From Clostridia bacterium (GTDB taxonomy: Bacteria; Bacillota; Clostridia; Oscillospirales; Acutalibacteraceae), in contig JAFQVY010000015.1 in the NCBI GenBank assembly GCA_017407755.1, forward strand, positions 6,135 through 70,134: 64,000 nt of DNA, given 5' to 3'. Within the stretch, counting starts at the first letter, position 1, and each line of letters starts with the position of its first letter. The position numbers and the translations under genes were made by a program. Positions 1-8,684 of this stretch are shown here, one piece after another. The notes beneath the pieces were generated by a model. It saw only the letters and a program-made list of their open reading frames with translations, was not told the DNA's origin and ran no database searches.

Positions 1-646
1 TTCTCAACTCTTATTAAATGCAAGGATTGCGGATGGTCATTCCGCCGTAATGTACGCACCTATAAAAACACCTATGTGAGATGGGTGTGTTCAGGGCATA
101 ACCGAGGTGCCGACAGTTGTCCCAATGCTCTCACTGTTGATGAAAACGAACTGATAGAGGTTATCGAGCAGTACTTTGCCGATATACTTTCTAAGAAGAA
201 AAATGTTATCAGCCGTGTGGTAAATGAGTTTCAAAAAGTGTATCGTGCAAAAGATGAAAATGCCGCCTACGAAAAAGAACTTCGTACAACGATTGAAAAA
301 TTAAAACGCAACCGCCAGAAGTATATGGATATGTATACCGATGACCTTATCACCCGAGAAGAACTGAACGCTAAAATTGGCGGGGACAAGCTGGAACTGG
401 AAAGGCTTGAAAGCGAACTGAAAATGGTAGAACAGCACCTTACAAAAGGCGACCAACTGCAGATGATACTCAATGATACTTTCAAAGAAATTGAGGATAT
501 CAGCAATCTGCGATTGATAACAAATGCACAGCTAAAAAGAGTAATTGACAGAATTGAGGTAGACCACGACGGAAACGTTGAGGTCTACCTCAAACTTTTC
601 CGAGAATTAGGGCTCGACGAAACCGTTCCAATTTGTACCGCCCCCA
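1..646. mobile_element. Right-hand end of an integrated element (skin-like or prophage-like) inserted in spoIIID; the rest lies upstream of the window
   Basis: The recombinase gene abuts the break point of a truncated spoIIID reading frame. The junction is inferred at about 641-650 and the left end is not visible. Confidence 0.55.
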
Positions 647-651
647 CATAA
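1..651 (+). CDS. Large serine recombinase, C-terminal part (5' end lies outside the window)
   Basis: Frame 1 is open from nt 1 (FSTLIKCKDCGWSFRRNVRTYKNTYVRWVCSGHNRGADSCPN...). This gives a Cys-rich zinc-ribbon, then a long coiled-coil (KLKRNRQKYMDMYTDDLITREELNAKI...LELERLESELK) and a C-terminal RVIDRIEV...VEVYLKL segment. That is the layout of SpoIVCA/TnpX/phage large serine integrases. The ORF-track start at 76 is an internal GTG. Confidence 0.85.
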   Translation, partial: FSTLIKCKDCGWSFRRNVRTYKNTYVRWVCSGHNRGADSCPNALTVDENELIEVIEQYFADILSKKKNVISRVVNEFQKVYRAKDENAAYEKELRTTIEKLKRNRQKYMDMYTDDLITREELNAKIGGDKLELERLESELKMVEQHLTKGDQLQMILNDTFKEIEDISNLRLITNAQLKRVIDRIEVDHDGNVEVYLKLFRELGLDETVPICTAPT

Positions 652-820
652 AGATGTCAGCAAACGGCTTAAATACATAGACTCTGCTCTTTACAAAAAA
701 GTAAACCGTGTACTTCAGCAAAACAAGCAAGAGCGTCACATCCGAGGCGGCGAAGCCACTAAAAACAAGTATTTAAACCTAAGCTTAAAAGAGAAAAGTG
801 CCGATAATAGGCAAAATTAA
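647..820 (+). pseudogene. spoIIID: 3' segment of stage III sporulation regulator SpoIIID (split gene, no start codon or RBS)
   Basis: Frame 2 reads HKDVSKRLKYIDSALYKKVNRVLQQNKQERHIRGGEATKNKYLNLSLKEKSADNRQN with a stop at 818-820. It parallels the C-terminal half of B. subtilis SpoIIID as I recall it (..STVHKDLTERLPEINPDLANEVKEILDYHKSIRHLRGGEATKLKY..). Upstream in the same frame is unrelated sequence (GSTKPFQFVPPP) preceded by TAG at 608-610. The N-terminal HTH half is absent. Confidence 0.7.
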
Positions 821-839
821 CAAAGCCTGTAAAAATCTC

Positions 840-868
840 TTTACACCTAAACTTCTTTGTTGTATAAT
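840..868 (+). promoter_or_regulatory. Sigma-A-type promoter upstream of the aminotransferase gene
   Basis: TTTACA (840-845), 17-nt spacer, TATAAT (863-868). Confidence 0.6.
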
Positions 869-921
869 TAGCGTGATATAGTAGGAATTTATGCTTTTTT
901 GTATACAAAGGAGTTTATGTT

Positions 922-2127
922 ATGCGAAATATTCCTTTTTCTCCTCCTGATATTACTCAGGCTGAAATTGACTCAGTTGTTGACGTACTTAAATCAGGCT
1001 GGATTACTACAGGCCCTAAAACCAAGCTTTTTGAGTCTCGTATTGCTAATTTTTGCAATACAGAAAAGGCAGTTTGCCTTTCTTCTCAGACTGCCTGTGC
1101 CGAAATGACATTAAGAATTTTAGGCGTTGGTCAGGGTGATGAGGTTATCGTGCCCGCTTATACCTACACAGCCTCTGCCTCTATCCTTTACCATATCGGT
1201 GCCACTCCTGTTATTGTGGATTGTGCACCCGGAAGCTTTGAGATGGATTACGATAAAATGGAGGCAGCAATCACCGAAAAAACCAAGGCAATCATTCCCG
1301 TTGACCTTGCAGGTATTATGTGTGATTATGACCGAATTTTCAAAGCCGTTGAAAACAAGCGCCACCTCTTTAAACCTCAGAATGAGCTTCAGGAGGCAAT
1401 CGGCAGGGTTATGATTATATGCGACGGTGCCCACGCTTTCGGTGCAAGCCGTAAGGGTAAGATGTGCGGTGAGGTTGCAGACTTTACAAATTTCAGCTTC
1501 CACGCTGTTAAAAACCTTACAACAGGTGAAGGCGGTGCCGTAAGCTGGAAAAATATCGAAGGCATCGACAACGACGAACTTTACAAAAAATATATGCTCT
1601 TTTCTCTTCACGGCCAGACTAAGGACACATACGCCAAAAACAAGGGTACAAGCTGGGAATATGACGTTGTTGACACCCAGTACAAATGCAATATGCCCGA
1701 CATTTTGGCGGCTATGGGTCTGGCTCAAATGGACAGATACAAAGCCATTATCGACAGACGCCACGAGCTTATTAAAATGTACAACAACGCTTTTGCCGAT
1801 TTGCCTGTAGGAGTACTTAACCATTGCGATGAAAACCACCGCAGCAGCGGTCACCTTTATATGGTACGTTTCCTTGCCAAGGATTCTGATTACCGCAACA
1901 CCTTCTTTAAGCGTATGGCACAAAACGGCGTAATCTGCAACGTGCATTTCAAGCCCTTGCCTCTGCTTACTGCATACAAGAGCCGCGGCTTTGACATTAA
2001 GGACTTCCCCAACGCTTTTGATATGTATAAAAATGAGCTTACTCTGCCCCTTAACACCACAATGACCGACAGCGATGCAGAGTATGTTATTGATATGTTC
2101 AGACGCTGCATTGCCCAGCCCTATTAA
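922..2127 (+). CDS. DegT/DnrJ/EryC1/StrS family PLP-dependent sugar aminotransferase
   Basis: 401-aa ORF with an AAAGGAG RBS. It has an N-terminal FSPPDIT..VLKSGWITTGP, then GDEVIVPAYTYTASA, and an FHAVKNLTTGEGG lysine region typical of the family. Confidence 0.85.
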   Translation: MRNIPFSPPDITQAEIDSVVDVLKSGWITTGPKTKLFESRIANFCNTEKAVCLSSQTACAEMTLRILGVGQGDEVIVPAYTYTASASILYHIGATPVIVDCAPGSFEMDYDKMEAAITEKTKAIIPVDLAGIMCDYDRIFKAVENKRHLFKPQNELQEAIGRVMIICDGAHAFGASRKGKMCGEVADFTNFSFHAVKNLTTGEGGAVSWKNIEGIDNDELYKKYMLFSLHGQTKDTYAKNKGTSWEYDVVDTQYKCNMPDILAAMGLAQMDRYKAIIDRRHELIKMYNNAFADLPVGVLNHCDENHRSSGHLYMVRFLAKDSDYRNTFFKRMAQNGVICNVHFKPLPLLTAYKSRGFDIKDFPNAFDMYKNELTLPLNTTMTDSDAEYVIDMFRRCIAQPY

Positions 2128-2132
2128 GATTT

Positions 2133-2164
2133 CCGCCTGACGGGCTGCCGTCGGGCGGTTTTTT
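2133..2164 (+). terminator. Rho-independent terminator
   Basis: CCGCCTGACGG / GCTG loop / CCGTCGGGCGG followed by TTTTTT. Confidence 0.85.
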
Positions 2165-2251
2165 CACAAAACAATCAAATTGTTTTTAAGAATCCTTAAC
2201 TTTTGTTAATATTTTTCTGCTATAATAAAAAAGGAAAGGAAGGTATAAAAT

Positions 2252-2938
2252 ATGGGACTTCACAAAATTCTTATTGTAGACGACGACCAAAATATTTCAA
2301 ATCTTTTAAGACTTTATCTGGAAAAAGAAAATTTTTCTACCATTATTGCAAGTGACGGCGAAAAGGCGGTTGAGCTTTTTAAAAGCGAGAACCCCGACCT
2401 CATTCTTTTAGACATTATGCTTCCCAAGCTTGACGGTTGGCAGGTTTGCCGCGAAATTCGCAAATCCTCTGACTGCCCCATTATTATGCTGACCGCAAAG
2501 GGCGAAACCTTTGACAAGGTTTTGGGTCTTGAGCTTGGTGCCGACGACTATATTGTAAAACCCTTTGAAACCAAAGAGGTTATTGCAAGGGTTCGTGCGG
2601 TACTTCGCCGAAGCGACTCAGGTGAGCAAAACTCGGCTAAGGAAATCAAATGGGAAAACCTTGAGATAAACCTTACCAACTATGAGCTTAAGGTAAAAGG
2701 CAAGGCGGTGGCAACTCCGCCAAAAGAGCTTGAGCTTTTATATCACCTTGCATCAAACCCCAACAAAATGTTTTCACGCGACCAGCTTTTAGACGAGGTA
2801 TGGGGCTTTGATTATTACGGCGACAGCCGCACAGTTGACGTTCATATAAAGCGTATCCGCGAAAAAATCGACGGCGCTTCTGACAAATGGGAGCTTTGCA
2901 CCGTTTGGGGCAGAGGCTACAAATTTGAAGTAAGATAA
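2252..2938 (+). CDS. OmpR/PhoB-family response regulator
   Basis: Receiver domain (ILIVDDD, LILLDIMLPKLDG, MLTAKG) plus a winged-helix C-terminus (TVDVHIKRIREKI, GRGYKF). Confidence 0.9.
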   Translation: MGLHKILIVDDDQNISNLLRLYLEKENFSTIIASDGEKAVELFKSENPDLILLDIMLPKLDGWQVCREIRKSSDCPIIMLTAKGETFDKVLGLELGADDYIVKPFETKEVIARVRAVLRRSDSGEQNSAKEIKWENLEINLTNYELKVKGKAVATPPKELELLYHLASNPNKMFSRDQLLDEVWGFDYYGDSRTVDVHIKRIREKIDGASDKWELCTVWGRGYKFEVR

Positions 2939-2939
2939 T

Positions 2940-4421
2940 ATGGCAAATGTAAAAAATGCAGTCAACAAAACCGTTTTCAGGCGGTTTTTGTTCTATAGTA
3001 TAGTTATTGTTCTTCTGTGCCTGCTTATTATAACGGTTATTCTTATTTACCCTGTAACCGATTATATTGAACGGGTAAAAAAGGAAGAGCTTATTAAAAA
3101 CACCGAGGACGTCTCGGCAAAAATAACGGAAATTTCCAGCGGCAAGCTGAATGCTTCTGAGGAATACATATTCACCTATCTTGACGGACTGAGTGAATCT
3201 ATGGATGCAGATATTATACTTTCCGATAAATCAGGACGGATAGTTTTCGTAAGTTCTGCAGATACTACTCATAACATCGGCGGTTATTTGCCTGCTTTAG
3301 TACTTTCAAACCTTGACGACAGCTCGTTTTTTGCCTATGGCAATATCGGCGGCTTTTACGACAAGGCGTACTATGTTGCCGCAACTCCTGTTTACACAAA
3401 CACGGGCACTGTTGCAGGCTACTGTGTTGTTGCTCAGCACACCGTCTGGAGCAGCGACGCCGTGCCCTCGGTTTTCTTTGTGTTCACCTTGGTGGTGCTT
3501 TTATCGGCGTTGTTGATTTTTTCCCTTACTTCAGTCTACGCTTTCAATACCACACGTCCCCTCAAGCAGATGACTGCTGCCACAAAGCGATTTGCATCAG
3601 GAGACTTTGAAAGCCGTGTTTATGTTAAAAACAAAGACGAAATCGGCGAGCTTGCCTCGGCTTTCAACGAAATGGCAGACTCATTGGCTTCTATGGAAGG
3701 CATAAGGCGAAACTTTATAGCCAACGTAAGCCACGAGCTTAAAACCCCCATGACCACAATTTCAGGCTATATTGACGGCATTCTTGACGGCACAATACCA
3801 AAAACCGAGCAGGAATATTACCTTTCAATTGTTTCAGAGGAAACCAAGCGTCTTTCACGCCTTGTCACCTCAATGATTTCTCTCTCAAAAATTGACAGCG
3901 GCGAAATCAAGGTAAACAAAACATCATTTGATATTTTAGATGTTGTTTTCAGCGTGCTTCAAAGCTTTGAAAGCAAGCTTTCTGAAAAGAAGCTTACCAT
4001 AGAAGGTCTTGATATAGAAGAAAACATTATGATTTTCGGCGACCGCGACCTTATACACCAAACCATTTACAATCTGGTGGAAAACGCCGTTAAATTTACC
4101 AACGAAAACGGAGTAATCCGCTTTGAATTTTCAAAGGAAAAGGGCTTTAATATAGTAAGTATTGAAAACAGCGGCAAGGGAATTCTTCCTGAAGATATCC
4201 GCTTTGTTTTCGATAAATTTTACAAGGCAGACAAATCACGAAGCTCTGACAAACGCAGTATGGGCTTGGGACTTTACATCTGCCGAACTGTTGTAGCACT
4301 TCACGGCGGCAAAATCACCGCCGACTCAAAGCCCGATGAATACTGCAGATTTACCTTTACTCTGCCTGAGCAAAAGCGAAAAAAGCTTTTGTCGGCAGAT
4401 AGTAAAACGGAGGAAAAATAA
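2940..4421 (+). CDS. Sensor histidine kinase (2 TM, HAMP, HisKA, HATPase)
   Basis: Starts 2 nt after the regulator stop. It has two hydrophobic segments, a HAMP-like region (FASGDFESRV), an H-box SHELKTPMTTISGY, an N-box NLVENAVKF and a G-box GLGLYICR. Confidence 0.9.
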   Translation: MANVKNAVNKTVFRRFLFYSIVIVLLCLLIITVILIYPVTDYIERVKKEELIKNTEDVSAKITEISSGKLNASEEYIFTYLDGLSESMDADIILSDKSGRIVFVSSADTTHNIGGYLPALVLSNLDDSSFFAYGNIGGFYDKAYYVAATPVYTNTGTVAGYCVVAQHTVWSSDAVPSVFFVFTLVVLLSALLIFSLTSVYAFNTTRPLKQMTAATKRFASGDFESRVYVKNKDEIGELASAFNEMADSLASMEGIRRNFIANVSHELKTPMTTISGYIDGILDGTIPKTEQEYYLSIVSEETKRLSRLVTSMISLSKIDSGEIKVNKTSFDILDVVFSVLQSFESKLSEKKLTIEGLDIEENIMIFGDRDLIHQTIYNLVENAVKFTNENGVIRFEFSKEKGFNIVSIENSGKGILPEDIRFVFDKFYKADKSRSSDKRSMGLGLYICRTVVALHGGKITADSKPDEYCRFTFTLPEQKRKKLLSADSKTEEK

Positions 4422-5815
4422 TGAACGACGAAAATATGAACCTACCTTTAAATCAGGAGCCTAAACCTGAGCCTGAGTATAATCCCGAAATTTCTCAGCC
4501 TCTGGTGACGCCCGAAATCCCTGAGCAAAGCATTCCTCAGCCCCCCTACACTCCCCCAACAGGTGCTCCATATACCTCACCCTACAATGCACCCTCAAAT
4601 AACCCTCAGCCTTATACCGCTGAGCGTAAAAAAAGAGGTGCAGGCTCTAAGGTGATGCTTACACTCCTTTGGGTACTTTTAGGGGTTTTCAGCATAGCAA
4701 TCATTGGCTCCTGCGGCTATTATATAGGACTTAAAGACAACCAAGATTTGCCCATTCGCGACAATCCTATTACCGATTTGCTTAAACCTACAGAGCCTAC
4801 AGAACCCCAAACAACAGAAGCCGTGGACGATTCTTACCTTTTCGGCGACGGCGAAATCGTCCTCAATCCCTATCCTTCAGACAAGGGCGACACCTCAAAA
4901 TATAATAACCAATCTGCCTTTGAAAAAGTTTCCCCCTCGGCAGTAGGCATTATGTGCTACAAAAACGAAGAAAAAGAAGCACTTATGGGTCAGGGCACAG
5001 GCATTATTGTTAATACAGACGGCTATATCGTAACCAACAGCCACGTTATAGGCGACAGCAAGTCCGCTTACATAATTAACGTTATTTTAAGCGACGGAAA
5101 CTCCTATTTTGCTGAGGTTGTAGGCTTTGATACCCGTACTGACCTTGCTGTAATCAAAATAAAAGCCGAGGGTCTTGTTCCTGCCGAGTTTGCAGATTCC
5201 GACCTTGCTTCTATCGGCGAAGACGTTATTGCCGTAGGAAATCCCGGCGGCATTGAATTTCAGAACACCTTAACCCGCGGCGTTATTTCTGCAAAAGACA
5301 GAACCCTTGACCTTTCTACTCAGGTAAAGTATATCCAGACCGACGCCGCCATTAACCCCGGCAATTCCGGAGGGCCTCTTTCTAATCTCTGCGGTCAGGT
5401 TATCGGCGTAAATTCTGCGAAAATCGCATCTGAAGAATACGAGGGTATGGGCTTTGCAATTCCCAGCCGCACCGTAAAAGAGGTTGTAGACGACCTTATA
5501 AAGCAAGGTTACGTGTCAGACCGAGTAAAAATCGGTGTTATGGGCACGGCCATCAGTGCAAATGAAGCAAAATACAACAATGTCCCTCAGGGTATTTTAG
5601 TGTCTGAGGTTATTGAAGGCGGCCCTTGTGACAACGGTGCGGTTGAGCCTAACGATATTGTAGTGGCAATTGATGATTATGAAATAAAATCCTTCAACGA
5701 CATTTATACCGCTCTTACAAATTATCGCGAAGGCGACAAAGCAACTCTTAAGCTTTACAGAATAGATACCGAAGAATATTTTGAAACGGAAATTGTTCTG
5801 CAGGCTGACCGTTAA
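4421..5815 (+). CDS. HtrA/DegP-like trypsin-fold serine protease with PDZ domain, Pro-rich N-terminal tail and one TM
   Basis: The ATG shares one nt with the kinase TAA. Catalytic triad contexts are TNSHVIG, TDLAVIK and GNSGGPL. There is a C-terminal PDZ-like segment and an N-terminal PEPEYNPE..PYTPPTGAPYTSPY low-complexity region followed by a TM helix. Confidence 0.88.
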   Translation: MNDENMNLPLNQEPKPEPEYNPEISQPLVTPEIPEQSIPQPPYTPPTGAPYTSPYNAPSNNPQPYTAERKKRGAGSKVMLTLLWVLLGVFSIAIIGSCGYYIGLKDNQDLPIRDNPITDLLKPTEPTEPQTTEAVDDSYLFGDGEIVLNPYPSDKGDTSKYNNQSAFEKVSPSAVGIMCYKNEEKEALMGQGTGIIVNTDGYIVTNSHVIGDSKSAYIINVILSDGNSYFAEVVGFDTRTDLAVIKIKAEGLVPAEFADSDLASIGEDVIAVGNPGGIEFQNTLTRGVISAKDRTLDLSTQVKYIQTDAAINPGNSGGPLSNLCGQVIGVNSAKIASEEYEGMGFAIPSRTVKEVVDDLIKQGYVSDRVKIGVMGTAISANEAKYNNVPQGILVSEVIEGGPCDNGAVEPNDIVVAIDDYEIKSFNDIYTALTNYREGDKATLKLYRIDTEEYFETEIVLQADR

Positions 5816-5841
5816 GTCTCGGTTAACAAAAGTTTTAATAA

Positions 5842-5879
5842 GCGGCAGGGCAAACCTCATCACCTGCCGTTTATTTTTT
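5842..5879 (+). terminator. Rho-independent terminator
   Basis: GCGGCAGG ... CCTGCCGT followed by TTATTTTTT. Confidence 0.7.
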
Positions 5880-5987
5880 AAAATTTGGTTGACAAAAACG
5901 CCGATTTTTATTACTCTATTATTAGAACACCACACTCTACTTGCAGTAGAAATACAGACACAATCTTGGTTTTGAGGTACTTTTTTA

Positions 5988-6599
5988 ATGGACGAAAAAA
6001 AGCTTAAATTAATAATTGCCAACAATATTACATATTTTCGAAAACGCTCAGGCCTTACTCAGGGCAAGCTTGCAGAGATGATAAATTACTCTGACAAATC
6101 CGTTTCCAAATGGGAACGCGGTGACGGTATTCCCGACATAACGGTGCTTGTTAAGCTTGCAGAAATTTTTGACGTTACCTTAAACGACTTGGTAAACGAG
6201 GACAAGCCCGAAGATAAAATCCTCCCCACCCGCCAGAGACGCCACATTCTTATTGACGTAATGTCCATAATTTTAGTGTGGCTTGTAGCAACAGTTGTGT
6301 TCGTTGGATTAAGGGTTTTCCTTCCCGAATTTTCTTCCGCTTTTATTTGCTACATCTTAGCTATTCCCGTAAGCGCAATCGTTCACCTTGTTTTTGCCTG
6401 TATATGGTGGAACCATACCGTGCAGTTTTTCTCTATAAGCGTTTTAGTGTGGACCTGTGCTCTGGGCATACAGATAACCTTTTTCACCTTTATAAAAGGC
6501 TTTGACAACATAAGCCTCATTTACATCTGTGCCGCAGTTTTACAGGTGCTTGCCTTAGCCTGGACACTTTATCGTAACTTTAAAAAGAAAAAGTTATAA
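5988..6599 (+). CDS. XRE-family HTH protein fused to a C-terminal multi-pass membrane domain
   Basis: The N-terminal region ITYFRKRSGLTQGKLAEMINYSDKSVSKWERG is an HTH_3 signature. Residues ~85-200 form four hydrophobic helices. Confidence 0.8.
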   Translation: MDEKKLKLIIANNITYFRKRSGLTQGKLAEMINYSDKSVSKWERGDGIPDITVLVKLAEIFDVTLNDLVNEDKPEDKILPTRQRRHILIDVMSIILVWLVATVVFVGLRVFLPEFSSAFICYILAIPVSAIVHLVFACIWWNHTVQFFSISVLVWTCALGIQITFFTFIKGFDNISLIYICAAVLQVLALAWTLYRNFKKKKL

Positions 6600-6610
6600 T
6601 TATTTGTGAA

Positions 6611-6636
6611 AAAGTCCCTTAAACGGGGCTTTTTTC
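6611..6636 (+). terminator. Probable weak rho-independent terminator
   Basis: A 6-bp stem AGTCCC/GGGGCT followed by a T-run. Confidence 0.5.
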
Positions 6637-6681
6637 TTATATATTTGGCTTTTATGACAAAAGCTTTTTCCTTTATAAGCC

Positions 6682-6710
6682 TTGATTTTTAAATATTTCG
6701 GTGGTATAAT
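6682..6710 (+). promoter_or_regulatory. Promoter of the rimP-nusA-infB operon (extended -10)
   Basis: TTGATT (6682-6687), 17-nt spacer, TGgTATAAT (6702-6710). Confidence 0.65.
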
Positions 6711-6738
6711 ATAGCTAAGTTAATATCCTTAAGGTTAA

Positions 6739-6770
6739 GGAGTGGGAGCAATCCCGCTCCTAAGTTTTTT
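6739..6770 (+). promoter_or_regulatory. Leader terminator-like hairpin (candidate NusA-dependent attenuator) between the promoter and rimP
   Basis: GGAGTGGGA / GCAA / TCCCGCTCC followed by TAAGTTTTTT. It lies about 30 nt downstream of the -10 element and 17 nt upstream of the rimP start. Confidence 0.55.
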
Positions 6771-6786
6771 ATTAGGAGGAATGTTT

Positions 6787-7269
6787 ATGGCACAAAATAA
6801 AGGTGCAAACATCGCCGAAAGCGTAAAAGCTCTTGCAGAGCCTGTTGCCGAAAATTTCGGCGTAAGGGTGTGGGACGTACGCTTTCTTAAAGAGGGTGCC
6901 GAGTGGTACTTAAGAATTTTTATCGACAAAGACGGCGGCGTCAATATTGTTGACTGTGAAAACGTTTCCCGTGCTATTGACCCTCTGCTTGACGAAAAAG
7001 ACTTCATAAGCCAGAACTACATCTTGGAAGTAAGCTCCCCCGGTCTTGAGCGTGAGCTTACCCGTGATGAACATTTTGAGGAATATGTAGGTAAGGATAT
7101 TAAAGTCCGCCTCATAAGACCTATGGAAGGTCTTGGCAAGGAATTCTGCGGTGTGCTCAGAGAGGTTAACTCAAATGAGCTTACCATTGAGGATTACAGC
7201 GGCGAAAACAAGGTAACTATATCAAAAAAGGACACAGCCTGGGTAAAGGCTGACGACCTTGACATATAA
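6787..7269 (+). CDS. rimP: Ribosome maturation factor RimP
   Basis: Conserved position before nusA. Motifs WDVRFLKEGAEWYLRIFIDK and LEVSSPGLEREL. The start was moved to the ATG 6-7 nt after AGGAGGA. Confidence 0.9.
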   Translation: MAQNKGANIAESVKALAEPVAENFGVRVWDVRFLKEGAEWYLRIFIDKDGGVNIVDCENVSRAIDPLLDEKDFISQNYILEVSSPGLERELTRDEHFEEYVGKDIKVRLIRPMEGLGKEFCGVLREVNSNELTIEDYSGENKVTISKKDTAWVKADDLDI

Positions 7270-7298
7270 GGACAAACAGAAAGGAATGGTTATAAAAA

Positions 7299-8378
7299 AT
7301 GAACAACAAAGAATTATTTGAGGCTCTTGCTCTGCTCGAAAAAGAAAAAGGTATTCCTGTAGATTATATGATTGAGCAGATTAAGCGTGCTATTGTGGTT
7401 GCTTGCAAAAACCTCTACGGCAACGAAAACATTGACATCACAATGGACCCTGAAAAGAACAGCTTCAATGTTAAGATGATTAAGACAGTGGTTGAAGAAA
7501 TCGAAGACGAGGCAAACGAAATCCTTTTGGAGGATGCTAAGCAGATTTCTAAGCGTGCCGCAGTTGGCAAGGAAATCGGTATTCCCCTTGACCCCAAGAA
7601 GTTCGGCAGAATTGCAGTTTCCGCCTCTAAAAACGTTATTCACGGCGGTATCCGTGACGGCGAAAAGGGTCAGGTGCTCAGAGAGTTCCAGTCTAAGCTT
7701 AAAGAAATCGTTACTGCTACAGTTGAAAGAATCGACCCCAAAACAGGCAACGCCACAATCCGTTTCGGCAAGGCTGAGGCTGTGCTCCCTGTTAGCGAGC
7801 AGGTTGGCGAAGAAAACCTCAAGGAAGGCGACTCCGTTAAAATTTACATTGTAGATGTAAGAGTGGGAGACCGCGGCCCCAAGGCTATTATCTCCCGTAC
7901 ACATCCCGATTTTGTAAGAAAAATGTTTGAAAAAGAAGTGCCCGAAATTTTTGACGGCATTGTTGAAATTAAGTCTATCTCCCGTGAGGCAGGTTCCCGT
8001 ACCAAAATGGCAGTTATCAGTAACGACCCCTCAGTTGATGCAGTAGGTGCTTGTATCGGTAACCGCGGCGCCCGTGTCGGCACAATTGTTGAAGAGCTTG
8101 GCGGCGAAAAAATCGACATCATCGTTTACGATGAAGATCCCGAAAAGTTCATTGCTGCTTCCCTTGCACCTGCAAGCGTAGTTTCCGTAGCTGTTGCCGA
8201 AGACGGCACAAAGAGCTGCAAGGTAACTGTTCCTGATTCTCAGCTTTCCCTTGCAATCGGCAACAAGGGTCAGAACGCCCGCCTTGCCGCAAAGCTTACA
8301 GGCTGGAAGATTGACATTCGTCCCGAAAGCGGTTTTTACGGCGAAGATGAGGACGACAAAGCTGAGGCAGAGGCTTAA
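7299..8378 (+). CDS. nusA: Transcription termination/antitermination factor NusA
   Basis: N-terminal domain, S1 and two KH domains (ACIGNRGARV, LAIGNKGQNARLA), in canonical operon position. Confidence 0.97.
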   Translation: MNNKELFEALALLEKEKGIPVDYMIEQIKRAIVVACKNLYGNENIDITMDPEKNSFNVKMIKTVVEEIEDEANEILLEDAKQISKRAAVGKEIGIPLDPKKFGRIAVSASKNVIHGGIRDGEKGQVLREFQSKLKEIVTATVERIDPKTGNATIRFGKAEAVLPVSEQVGEENLKEGDSVKIYIVDVRVGDRGPKAIISRTHPDFVRKMFEKEVPEIFDGIVEIKSISREAGSRTKMAVISNDPSVDAVGACIGNRGARVGTIVEELGGEKIDIIVYDEDPEKFIAASLAPASVVSVAVAEDGTKSCKVTVPDSQLSLAIGNKGQNARLAAKLTGWKIDIRPESGFYGEDEDDKAEAEA

Positions 8379-8381
8379 TTT

Positions 8382-8684
8382 ATGAAGCAGAAGAAAATTC
8401 CCCTTCGCAAATGCACAGGCTGCAATGAGATGAAGCCAAAGCGTGAGCTTATTCGTGTGGTAAAGCTTCCCGACAAGCTTTCAGAAAGCGGCGAAATCTT
8501 AGAAAAAGGCAGTGTTGAGCTTGATTTTACAGGCAAAAAGCCCGGCAGAGGTGCTTACATCTGCAACTCTTTAGACTGCCTTAACAAAGCCATTAAGGGC
8601 AGACGATTGGAAAAAGCCTTTTCCTGTCAGATTCCTGATGCAGTTTACCAAAGTCTTAAAAAGGAGCTTGATAAAGGTGAATGA
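8382..8684 (+). CDS. ylxR: YlxR/RnpM family (DUF448) RNA-binding protein
   Basis: PLRKCTGCNEMKPKRELIRVV...GRGAYIC signature, downstream of nusA. Confidence 0.9.
   Translation: MKQKKIPLRKCTGCNEMKPKRELIRVVKLPDKLSESGEILEKGSVELDFTGKKPGRGAYICNSLDCLNKAIKGRRLEKAFSCQIPDAVYQSLKKELDKGE

Noticed and set aside
899-2111. Shadow ORFs within or antisense to the DegT aminotransferase gene (899-1108, 1120-1947, 1127-1414, 1890-2111)
   Set aside because: They are fully nested in a strongly supported CDS, their translations are compositionally odd, and they have no independent start signals.
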